A stretch of DNA of 53,205 nucleotides from Catajapyx aquilonaris (Eukaryota). The stretch spans positions 1-53,205 of the forward strand of contig JYFJ02002649.1 of NCBI GenBank assembly GCA_000934665.2, written 5' to 3'. A model generated the notes under the pieces. It had not been told where the DNA came from. It ran no database searches and was given only the letters and a program-made list of their open reading frames with translations. The position numbers were made by a program, and so were the translations under genes. Positions 1 through 11,048 of this stretch are shown here, in pieces. Positions within the stretch are counted from its first letter, which is position 1; the number at the start of each line of letters is the position of its first letter.

Positions 1-1
1 C

Positions 2-292
2 ACCAACTCGTCCATCAGTGTCAATCCTGTGGTGCCTCATGTTCCAAGCTTCTTCCTGATGGACCCAGCGTCCCAACTGGTTAAGATGCTACAACTTTTG
101 AAGGACCAGGAGGTGTCGGATCTGCAGAAGGAGGCTCTGGACTCTGTGGCGGATTTTCTGGTGCAGACCAAGAAGGACGGAACAAACGCCTCGCTGTTGG
201 AGCCCATCTTGTCCTTTCTTCCCAACATCTTCCAAGGGTTTGGCCTTTTCGCATTGGTTTTACTTGAAGAAGGATTCAGTTTCTCGGGATGA
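2..292 (+). CDS. Secreted helical protein family member 1 (last exon only, 5' end outside window)
   Basis: The frame is open from position 2 (TNSSISVNPVVPHVPSFFLMD...EEGFSFSG*). It aligns end-to-end with the C-terminus of the 414-830 exon (LMD, PIxSFLP, QG, EAFTFAG vs EGFSFSG). AATAAA lies at 309-314. Confidence 0.8.
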   Translation, partial: TNSSISVNPVVPHVPSFFLMDPASQLVKMLQLLKDQEVSDLQKEALDSVADFLVQTKKDGTNASLLEPILSFLPNIFQGFGLFALVLLEEGFSFSG

Positions 293-413
293 AGTGTGTT
301 CAGCTCCCAATAAAATGTGATTGTGATTTCAAGTTTTTGATTTAATTGGAGGTACACCCTATAGCGAACGACGAGTAAAATGCGATATTACAAGTAAAAA
401 CTGATTTATTATT

Positions 414-1244
414 TTATCCAGCAAACGTAAATGCTTCAGTGAGTACAGCAGACAAGAACGTGCCAAGACCTTGCATGACTGTAGGCAAAAACGATGAGAT
501 CGGTCCAAATAGTCTGTCTTGTATGCCGACGTCCCTCGATGTCTGTATGAAAGTGGATAAGACATCCAGGGCATTCCTTTGGTCCAGAGGTATGTTGTCC
601 GCTCTCAAGATTTCGCTCATCTTTAAAAACTGCGTGGGTAAGTCCATCAACACTAGCTGTGGCAGGTACGCCATGACTCCGGACAAGTTGAGGGAGTTGT
701 CCACAAGACCCCTGACAAACACATCGACAGAGTTTGCCACCTGGTCATTGACGAACCCTGACTCGGTGACCATTGTCTGCAAGGTGTTGATGGTGTTGTT
801 GCGTACTGCTTGCTCCAAGCCTGAACTGATCTGTAGGAGGAAGGACATGTCAGATGTCAAACAGAACAGTTAGTATCGTTTCGTGACGTACCGTAGGATT
901 ATTGTTCAGAAACTGCTGAACTCGTGTCGTGTTGCGGAGGGAGTTTGCAAAAGCACTGCCCAAAAGTCCAGCCAAAAAGGGCCTTCGACCATCAGTTCTT
1001 GTTTCTGAAGTTTTCAGGGTCTCATCTGCAGGCATACACTGGCGACACAAAATTATATCACATTGTAATTCAATAAATGCAATTTGTTAAGTGCAAAATT
1101 TTGGAACGCATGATTATTTCTATCAGTCTCAAACTGCTATAATAGCAGCTGTGTGTAAGACCAAAGTTAATATAACACTGTCCTACTACTTACATTCGCC
1201 AATGAAAATGTCAAAATGATGAACACCGTGGACTTCCGTGCCAT
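414..1244 (-). CDS. Secreted helical protein family member 2 (~204 aa, 3 exons)
   Basis: Exons are 1244-1194 (MARKSTVFIILTFSLAN, signal-like), 1038-892 and 830-414. Both introns are GT-AG, phase 0. Minus-strand AATAAA lies at 410-405. Confidence 0.85.
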
Positions 1245-1749
1245 CGTGGTCTGTTGCAAATATTACAATACACAAGTACCCAAAACATACCGGTATATAT
1301 CCCAGCAATTTACGTCATTACCCGGAAAATAGTGTTACAAAATCTGCAAAAGCAAATTGCAGAGAGGTTATGCGATAGGAAAAAGTTTCGCACTGATGGT
1401 AATTCCCGGTTTGAAACAATCAGCAATCATTGTGTAATAATGTCACAGTCTGTTAGCTTAGTTCGGGTCGATATATACGGTAATATATGCAAGTTGTGCC
1501 CTACATATCAGTAATGTCAATGATACTGTTTTTTGGAATAATTTTCTGCACATATACAGGCCTGTAGTGTTCAAAATATTGAGGTAGAAAATTGAGTCAG
1601 AAATATTATTTATTATTTTCGTATGATATTGCAGGTTGGATATTTGCAGAGGAAAATTTGTTAAAAATTATTGTAATCATGAAGTTCTGTTTTAATCACT
1701 GTTTTTATTTTGGTCCAACAACGTTACATGCCATGTGATACGTGGCGAA

Positions 1750-2318
1750 TTAAAGGTCAATATCCTCAATGACATCCACAATCCCTCCAATCATCTCAGA
1801 CATCCCAGCCACCAAATCAGGCGTCTGCCTAACAATGTCCGTAACTTGCGCCAAGTCCACAGAGCTGAATATGTCCAGCATGGCATCCATGGCTTCAAAC
1901 ACAAACCGTGGTTCCCTCAGATGCAACTTCTTACGAAGCAATACCAAAAAATTAACCAGCTGTTCTTCCTTCGGTTGCTCCATAAGAGTAGATAGGTTTT
2001 CAACAACACCGCTGTAGTCCAATGTATGTTCCTGGGTGGCCTTGATTAGATCCTTGATGTACCTGCTGTTGGCATGTAATTCCTCCATGTCCACTGAGGT
2101 CAGGGCAACCAGAAAATGGTACAGGTTGTCATTTAGTTGAGATTCTACCTTGCTGTACAGATTCTTTTCTTCAGCACCTTCTACTATGTTGGCAGCTTCC
2201 TTATTAGGAAACGCCTAAGAAACAACCGTTAGTGTTACCAATATTGTTTTCAAACAGTGAGACTTACCTGGGATGAGTGCTGAAAAGCTAGGAATGCCAA
2301 AACGAATAGCACCTTCAT
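1750..2318 (-). CDS. Secreted helical protein family member 3 (~171 aa, 2 exons)
   Basis: Exon 2318-2268 encodes MKVLFVLAFLAFQHSSQ and ends at a GTAAGT donor. Exon 2214-1750 starts AFPNKE. Minus-strand TATAAA lies at 2366-2361. Confidence 0.85.
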
Positions 2319-2793
2319 GATTCGTACTTCGGATGTAACTTAGGTAGTGGCAATCGGGGGTTTATATTAGGCAATATATATCCGGAAATACTGGGATTCC
2401 CAGAAATGATGCTACATAGTGTCCCATTTCCCCCCCACGTGTCTAAACAAAAGCTCAAAGTTGGTATTGAGGGTGACATTTATTCTCGTTTGGAGACAAT
2501 ATTCACATGAATATGAAAGTGGGTATTACCCTACAATTACAATGAGAATGATGGCTTGTTTAAAATGGTATGTACACATGCGGTTTTTACCAAGGGGAAG
2601 TACATAAAAAATGACAATATAGCGTCGCAACAGTGTAACACTCTGGTAACTACTTGACTCTAGTAATTATCATCAGAATTTACAAGCAACAATAAAATGT
2701 AACAATTCGCATGTCGTCGTCATCACGCAAAGTTCGGATAGAAAAAAAAGGCAACAATACTAATACTGAATCATGGTTGTGAGCACATTGCCA

Positions 2794-3516
2794 TTATTCT
2801 TCCTTGTCCTTCTTCTTGTTTGACCCTCTTCCCAGGATGTCCCCAACTCCCCTCAAGATATCAGAAAGTCCCTCCAGAAGATCCGGACTGGCATCCACCA
2901 AATCCTCCAAGAAATCCAGGTCCAGGCTGTCGAAGAAGTCGAACATGTCCTCAATCTCGTCAATGAAGAACTTGGACTGACGATGACCACCACGTCCTCT
3001 TCTCAGCAGCTGGAGAAACCCTAAAGTACGACCAGCTTTGCTACGTTGTCTCATCAGACCTGGAAGGCCCTGGAGAACCACATCGTAGTCGGCCACAGAC
3101 GAAGATCCCTGGAGAAGCTGCTGGAGCTGACGTGAACTTCGACGCACCTTTTCAGGTCCTCTTCTGCTCATGTCGGACAAAAACCGAAGGAAGTTCTGGT
3201 TCAGCCTGTCCTTCACACGTTGATCTTCAGAGCTTCGTTTCTCCAAGTGGTGTTCATTCCCCAACGATTTGGACTCCGACAACTATAAAGACAATGCACC
3301 CCTCGTTACTGCTATGGTAAGCCACTTAGCCAGATAGTTTTATAGTCCATTGTGTCCGACTATGCCTAACTAGGTTAAGCCTGAATAATAAGGAGTGTAC
3401 AAGTAGGGCTCAATAGCTACGTGACTAACAATAGTGAAACATATTTAAAAAATAATACTCACATGACTGATGGTGATGGCACAAATAATAGCCAGAACAA
3501 TGTGCAGAGCAGACAT
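2794..3516 (-). CDS. Secreted helical protein family member 4 (~180 aa, 2 exons)
   Basis: Exon 3516-3463 encodes MSALHIVLAIICAITISH and ends at GTGAGT; the second exon is 3282-2794. It is similar to member 3 (LNQNFLRFL/LNDNLYHFL; SPDLLEGLSDIL/TPDLVAGMSEMI). Minus-strand TATAAA lies at 3635-3630. Confidence 0.85.
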
Positions 3517-5319
3517 GTTGGGCGCACTTGACAGTGAAACTGAGTGTTGGGCAAGAGGTGGACACTGCTTGAAGAGTACCTTTTCCCGCACTTTCACTGA
3601 ATGGTGACCATGGCCTCTGTCTTGGGCGATTTATATGTGCAGCCAGGTCCGCCTAGTAGGAAGCCAAGGAAAACGGAAGCTACCAAAGAGAAACGAACCA
3701 ACTCCTCCCACCATACCTTTTTTTTCGGTGTTTTTGTCTTTATAAGGATGTTCTCCTTAGAAGGAAGAATTGCGTCCATTGGATGGCAGCTGAATACTTG
3801 ATTACCACTTATCGTGACCGGAAACTTTTCGTACGGCTTCGAGGATTTTTTCCATTCCAAGTATTCTTCAATGTTCCTGCATCCGTGCCAGTTTTAACCG
3901 GTATTGCGTAATTCTGATCCACAATTACTATAGGTGATTTCCTTCCGCATTTTGGAGTTATGAAGATTTTCAGTTTTGAAGAATCATATTTGACTTTCAA
4001 TTCGACGAAATCCTGTTGCACAACGTATAACCAGTGTAGATGTATACACTTTTCTTGCATACTAATGATTTTTTTGGGAAATCGTACTGTTGTAATACAT
4101 CATAGGTGCAGCCATTAAGAATATTAAGTGCCACATTTTGTATACATTTCTGCAGCTAAAGGTGGTGAATAAAATGTTATAATTATTGGCGAAATAATTT
4201 ACGTTCAGCAGTGGACTATTTGGAGGCCATTAAATGGCAATAACACTATATGACAAGATAAATTCAATCAATGACAATCCATACTACTAGCCCCATAAAT
4301 AAGTAAATAAATAAAGCAGCTTTTGTTTATGCCAACAACATGTACTTTTATTCAAAAAATATTCAAACCTACATACACTTATGTCAACTGGATACTACAA
4401 TAAAAAAATAATGACACGCAATAAAAAATTATGAAAAATGCTTCTCATGAATAATCTCATTATCTGTTTCATGATCAGTCTCGTTATTGGCATTGACCAG
4501 ATACTCCAAGTGCACGTAACTCGTTTGTTGCAACACATCTGATGCAACCCATATTGTAAACCAACAAAACCTGCTCTTGAAAATGACTGTTTTTTTTTTC
4601 CTCACCACCCCGGCTCCCTTGAACCTCCCATCTAAACAATAGATTGAGCAACTGTTATGATGCCCAACTCCCTAGTTGCACCTTCCGGCAATACACAAAA
4701 GCAATGATTTGTACCCCATTTTGACATCTCGAAAAACTTGAAACTTTCCAATCATGTTTCGAACCACACGCTACACCTAGGGTATGACACGATGTCGGAA
4801 GCGGAACATATATAGAACAATTAATTGATCAGAATTCATCTGGAAAACAGCCGGTACAGTCGCATGTGTATTATGCAGGCATGTTATTCAACAACCACCT
4901 TTCTCCTCTTCCGTCAGGATTGCGCAACAACCATGGTAATAATCAAACACGTGAACAATCCCACTGACACACTTGGACAAGCCAGAGCCTGTAGGTGTAG
5001 TTGAACCCTGCTGGGCCAATTTACATGTGAAAGTATGACGGAGAAAGTGAAAGGAGTGTGTGGTGCTTTGGGAGGAATTACTGCACCGGATAGACACCCT
5101 GTTATGTCGATATAGTCCACAAAAATTAAGCCTGGTTTTGTCAGGATGATCGGAAGTTGGCGGAAGAGAAATTCGAGAGAGCAGGTTCTTGATGACAGGT
5201 ATTGGACAATCGTTTGTTGAACTTGAGGTGTCCTACTTTTTCCTGATGGAAAACACGACAAGGGTCAGAGGTAAAAATGTATACTAAGGTGAGATCATTT
5301 TATTAGGTCGACAATGCAA

Positions 5320-6207
5320 CTAACTGTAGCTGTACAGAAGGTAGTCTTCTTCTTCTTGAGTGAGTCGCACTTGGTTTAGGGCATCGAGTAGGTCTGGTAC
5401 TAGGTCGTCGGTACCACTCTGCTGGCTGCCACTCAGGGAACCACTGAGGGAACCACTGTAGGAACCACTGAGAGAACCTTCTTCTTCCTTCTTCTTGTTG
5501 GACTGTTGTTTCAATGCGGCCAGGGACACTATCAGGTTCTTGATGTACTTGTCGCTGTCACGGTCTCGGTCGCGTTCGGATCCTCTGGAGCTGAGGGAGT
5601 CGATGAGGTCAACGGCGTCTCTGGCACCGTCGAACAGGTCAGGCACGATCTGGATGATGCTGTTGACCAGCTCCAGGACGTCTTTAGCCTCCACGTCCTT
5701 AGATAGGTTCTCCAAGAAACCAAGGAACAATCGAGGACGACGGTTGTTGCTGTGGCCCAAGACGTTCAGGATGCCTACCAACTGACCAAGTCCTGGTTAC
5801 ATCACTGTTCGTTACTGAGAGAATAAGCCATACTTGCCTGCTCAGCCAGGTCCGATTTGGCAAAAGCGCTGAGCTGCGGAACAGCCGAAGAGATGTCGAC
5901 CTCACCGTCGTTGATGGCATCACGCAGTTCTTTGAGGGTCAGTCGAAGCTTACGGGCAGCTGGGTGCTTCAAGTCCATCAGAAGGTCGAACACCTTGATC
6001 AGGTTGGTCTTCACTGCAGAAGCCACTTTTTCAGTCAGTAGTTTCTTGGCTTCCTCTAGTTTTTCAGGTGCAATTTCCCGTCGAGACCTGGGCAGGCTCT
6101 GTGTAAGGACAATTAGTTTCAGGACTTCCAACTTAAATAGGGGGTAATCTTACGTGAGAACAGGAAATGCAGAGCAGAAGACACACGAGGACGATTTTTG
6201 TCGCCAT
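5320..6207 (-). CDS. Secreted helical protein family member 5 (~258 aa, 3 exons, Ser/Gly-rich tail)
   Basis: Exons are 6207-6154 (MATKIVLVCLLLCISCSH), 6098-5838 (SLPRSRR...LAEQ) and 5781-5320. The second intron is probably GC-AG. Minus-strand TATAAA lies at 6258-6253. Confidence 0.8.
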
Positions 6208-6550
6208 CCTGGAGCTGCAGCTAACTGTATCCGACCATGGATTCCGCAGAGATTTATACCCGTCCGGAAGTGAGGAAGTGTCCATCGGAAACAATGGTGG
6301 GCAGCTCTTGATGTTGGTAATCACAGGGTTTGCAAATCGGAAGCTGCAGATAATTGTTGCCCCCGAAAGAAACATTGTCAACAGGTCGTTAATCCGTTGT
6401 CGTCATCCTCCAAGTTTCCAAACACGAGCCGCATTACAGCTGACCTCAGCGCACCCAGTCTATATTAGCTGCCCACACTACGGCATGAGGAATGTCGCAA
6501 ATGTTGCAACCATCATCTAAAGGTGTACATTTCATACCAGACTGCTCAGG

Positions 6551-6927
6551 ATGTTGAGGCTGTACGGACTCACATTTCTAGCCACACTGGTACTGTCAGA
6601 GGTAAATAATTATGTGGACATTGTTGTCATATCCTGATTAAGGTCTCTTCGCAGCTTGCTCCTCAGCCTCAGGTGTTGGAACAAGTTCTGAAACCCAGCC
6701 TTGAAAATGGGACCCAAGTGTCGAAGAAACCTCTACTGACATTCGCCTTCCTTCCTGGAGGCTGGCCCTCGATGGACCACCTCAGAAGACTCTTCCTGGA
6801 CAACCCAGTGTTCCGACTGAGCCGAGCGGTCAACCGGAGACGCGGAAACAGTCCTGGACATGACGGGGACGGGAAGTGGATCTACAGTGCCCATAATGGA
6901 AGGTCCATCAACGGGATGAGATCATAA
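6551..6927 (+). CDS. Small secreted peptide precursor-like protein (~107 aa, 2 exons)
   Basis: Exon 6551-6601 encodes MLRLYGLTFLATLVLSE. A GT-AG intron at 6602-6654 leads to exon 6655-6927, in frame with the listed ORF. AATAAA lies at 6946-6951. Confidence 0.65.
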
Positions 6928-7009
6928 TTGTATCCTCAAAGGAGTAATAAACATGTTGAAACATGGTTTGAATTGGCGCCATTTTAATACGATAGTTGGA
7001 CGATACCAC

Positions 7010-7051
7010 TATCGATATCGGCGACTACCGTAATAGTTTAAATATGGCGGC
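7010..7051 (+). promoter_or_regulatory. Candidate housekeeping promoter elements of ERMARD (DRE TATCGATA and YY1-like ATGGCGG)
   Basis: TATCGATA at 7010-7017 and AATATGGCGGC at 7041-7051 lie about 180-210 bp upstream of the ERMARD start. Both motifs are short. Confidence 0.4.
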
Positions 7052-7221
7052 CCCCATTTAAAATGTTGGATTTTTTTAACGATAAAAACAACCTGTGTAA
7101 GTGTGTATGTACACATCTGTATTTATTTTATGTAGCATGTAGCCTAGCTGTGTTGCCTACTACTTGAAGCACATTGTTGCTGTACCGGTACCATTATTGT
7201 TGGAGTATGGTATGACCCAAG

Positions 7222-9358
7222 ATGTGGAAAAGGATGGAGACTTATTTGTCACCGAGGGTCAAGTATTTGCTGGTGGACATTGGGCAGGATGCGGGTGAGG
7301 AGGACATGTCGCACATGTTCACAAGCAGGCGCACCTTCAGGTGGTCTGAAGTTCAGAGTCTGATGGGTTCGTGTAAGTTGTGTGGGTTTGTATGGCATCC
7401 TGCAGTATTAATCAGTATTGTGTTAAAATTAAGGCCAGTGCGCTGACAATGAGAAAAGATGGGAAGAGGCAACGAGACAGATTACGCCACTGCTGAGGGC
7501 GACGGAGAGGATGTTGGGCGAAGCTGATTCCCATGGACTTGATTCGCTTGTTGAGCTGTGCAGTTGGACACATGAGACTGATCTGGTTAGGAAGTGCTGC
7601 GGATTAATATTGGAGCCAGGGACAACTGGGCTGTTGGAGGCAACTCTGCTGCTTACATCTCTTTTGGAACGATCGCTTGGAAACGTAAGCGTTGTAATCA
7701 TACTCATGGCATATGATTTTAGTTGCAAAGAATATTCATGAATAGCCAAGAGAAGCTGCATTAATTTGAAGAATTTCAAGCAAACTTGAATTACCTCAAT
7801 GCTAGTTTGCAAGCAAGCACTTGCATTTTTTTCATTTGCTGGGAAAAGTGATTACTACAACCAGCTCTTGCTACAACCAAATACAGCCTAAACCTATTTT
7901 TCATTTCTGTTCATAACAGGTGTTCCTAATGAAAGGTAGGCAAGTTCCATCGCTTATTCGAGACCTTCTGGCCACTCCAGAACTTGCCGACATTTTTGGA
8001 CAAACTCCTGTAAGTCAGAAGTGTATCCTGGCAGTGCAGGCCTCTAATGTTTTCCTCTTGAACAGATGGAATTCCTGCAAGTTTTGATGGGGTCACCACT
8101 GTCGCTCAACCTTCGAAATGTGACCTGGCATGGATTCATTCACCCTGGTGAAATCCTTCCTCACCTACCATGCAGTCTGATCCTAGCAGCAGCCTCGCTG
8201 GGAGAATTAATCCTTGGTGCATCCATCCCTCGACGGGAATACATATCATTTCCTCAAGCATCCGTCTTGGAGATGCCAAAAGTCACTGAGGAGGAAGCCA
8301 ACGTAATTGTGAACTTGCTGGACCCAGATGTTGCAAAAGTGGCATTGAGATATTTCTGGGACCACCAGTATGGTTACTGCTTGGTGCTGCTACTTCCACA
8401 ACTAGAACACCTGCTCCGTTGTGTGTTTGCTGCTCAGAATGGCTGCCCTGAACGTGTCTTAACTGCTGAGGCAACCAGTCTGTACACTACTTTAGATGAA
8501 ATATTGGCAGAGAAAATTTTTGACAATGTTAACCAAATTAGGACATTTGTGGGGGATAGTACACTCGAGTTGTTGCTAGACTTGTTTTCATATCCTGATG
8601 GTCCAAGGATACGGGATAGGATAAGCCATGGCGAGTACAACTTGGAATGTGTGCCTGCAGAAGTATGCAATGCTGTTGTCATAACTACATTACTTGTGTG
8701 CACCAAAGTGTCAGGAGAGACATGCAAACACTCAGGAACATACAAGTCATGTTTTCACTACAGTTGCAGAGCAAGAGATGCCATTGCAAATTCCTGGCAA
8801 GATCTGAACCAGTGCCGTGTCACATTTCCAACTGCAAATGAGTTTCAATACAGTACTGTGAATTTGCAATGCTACGTGACCGCCCTTGATCAACAAATAA
8901 GTTTGTTGAATTCACAAAATGTAGAAGAGGCACTGCTAAATGCTAACATGGAGACATTATATAGGTCAAAGCATGAATCGAAAGTGTTGAATGCACTTAC
9001 TCAAATTGCAGGACATGTTAAAACCATATCAGGACATGTGAAAAGTGGCATGGAAGAAAAATACAGTGCGCTTAAACAGAACCAGTTACGCCCCAGGCAT
9101 AAAGTGACGTACAAACACATGCTGGAAGTTGTTCCCATTCTGCAAGTGTGGCTCAAAATAGTAACAGTCACCTGTGCATATCGCTGTGTCCACGTAAACA
9201 GCAACAACTCTGAAACACATCAGCAGGTAATGAAAAAACTGAAGTCCATATTGAAGCGTGTAGAAAACCTGGTTTCATTTACGAATCCCTCCAAAAACAG
9301 ATGGAAGGAATGTCACTCACTAATTACATCAGAGTATGTTATTGGACAGAGCTCCTAG
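7222..9358 (+). CDS. ERMARD: ER membrane-associated RNA degradation protein (ERMARD/C6orf70, DUF4209)
   Basis: Exons are 7222-7372, 7434-7684, 7920-8009 and 8066-9358. Motifs include TYLSP, LERSLGNV, LNLRNVTWHGF, LLPQLEHLLR, AEATSLYTTLDEIL and GPRIRDRISHGE. Confidence 0.9.
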
Positions 9359-9461
9359 ACTTGAATCACAACATAAAAATATCTACCAGCTATAAATTAA
9401 ATACACGGGATGTAGCACATGACTGTGCTGTGCTGGAGTCCTTGTAAAAACACAAGTACGA

Positions 9462-10245
9462 TTAGTCTGTCTTCATACGTTTCACTGGTGGTTCACTATT
9501 CCTCGAGTTTGAGTTTGAATCTTCGGAGAATCCAAGTTGGGTAGAAGAGAAGTCAGTGGGACCCTGGGAGTCGCTGGCCAGTGAAAAACCTGTCAACACA
9601 ACAAACAATAATTAGTGGCACATTAAGAAATGAAATATTTTTTCATTGTGAATCTAATGTCCTTAACCTTCAAGGCACAAATAAATACTGTTGAATTCAC
9701 CTTGAATTATTATGGACCCTTGGTCACGTATAACAACTTTATTGCAAAAAAAATTGTTTACGTGCATATTTCGTGAGTCTTTTTCATCAATATTAGTTAA
9801 GAAAAACCTGCTTCCTTACTGGTGTTCGAGTCTTCGCCTGCCAATGCAGCCCTGAAGCTGGCAGCAGCAGACGCCTCGGCCGCCTTCTTCCCAATGTTCT
9901 CCTTATTGGACTGGTCCTTACCCTTCTTCTTCTGCAAAATGTTCCAAAAACATGTTACGCAACAAAGCAACAACTGAATGACGGACGTGTCATATGTGAC
10001 CCACCTGCTCTCCCAGGGACACAGGCACCCACTTGTAAATCTTCATGGTGGTCTCTCCAATGGTCACCCACTTCTTCTCCCTGGAAGCAACGGTCATAAT
10101 ATGAACTGAACACTGATGATCCCAATGAAAGGGTGTGGACATCATATACTGACCAGTGCCTGACCTTGTCCACCACTTGCATGACCCTCTTGATGTCATC
10201 CTTGGCCCTGCTCCGGGTCTCAGCTCGCACGGATCTAGACATCAT
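9462..10245 (-). CDS. BCL7: BCL7-like SWI/SNF (BAF) subunit
   Basis: The conserved N-terminus reads [49 protein letters not shown]. Exons are 10245-10154, 10080-10005, 9931-9820 and 9589-9462. Confidence 0.95.
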
Positions 10246-11048
10246 CTTGACGGCCGGACTACCCCGCTTCAACCACAGCAGCAGGCCAGAGAAAGAACTG
10301 AAGGTCTAAAAGGGGCGGACAAAAAAATCCAGCAGCAAAATTTCCAGAGAAAAATTGAGACCACAACACCCGCTCCCCCAAGCGGCAATTCCCACAACCA
10401 GCTGGTGACGCCTTCAATAAAAAGCGTAGCTGCTGCAAAATAGCAGCGACTTCGATAACCGCGATTATATAGAGTTATGTACTCTACAAATACAGAGGAA
10501 TGCTGGAAACAAATGCGTACAACCTTTGCCAACATTTTATTCATATTACATTTGTGACGTAAAAAGCAAAGTGGGTGTCAGATCCGCTCAACCCAAGGTC
10601 AAAAGCGCTACTTTTATACGACACGCTCCGGATGTGGTCGCAACACGTTGACACAAGGGGCGCCTAGTGTCTCGGCAATCATGTTATTTTCAGACGTGAC
10701 TAATTTTGGGTCAACCAAATTCCATATGCACTGGGTATAGATCATTGAAAATATTTTCAGTTTTACAGCTTCAATTGCGGTGCAGTGCATTTCACCTTGG
10801 GGTTGCGCAGAATGACAACCTTACTTCAATTGGCTCTCAGGGAAGCCTGAAATTCTACAGTGTTACAACAAAATACTGCTGTGGAATGAAATGCAACTAG
10901 CCTAATCTCCAAGTTATAAAAGAAAATGTAAAAGCAACAGTCACTCCATTGATGCCTGCAACAGACTGTAGAGATAGCCGACAATGATCGTAAGAGCTTT
11001 TTTTCTTTTTTTTTTTTGGGGGGGGGGGGGNGGGGGACCAGGTCTCGA

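Noticed and set aside
3594..4060. Two overlapping minus-strand ORFs between members 4 and 5
   Set aside because: No recognisable motif, signal exon or family similarity, and one overlaps the member 4 TATA region.
4888..5261. Short ORFs downstream of member 5
   Set aside because: No convincing splice structure or homology; possibly decayed sequence.
10998..11037. Poly-T/poly-G run with an N beside the Bre1 stop
   Set aside because: A homopolymer with an ambiguous base, so its length is unreliable and likely a sequencing or assembly issue.
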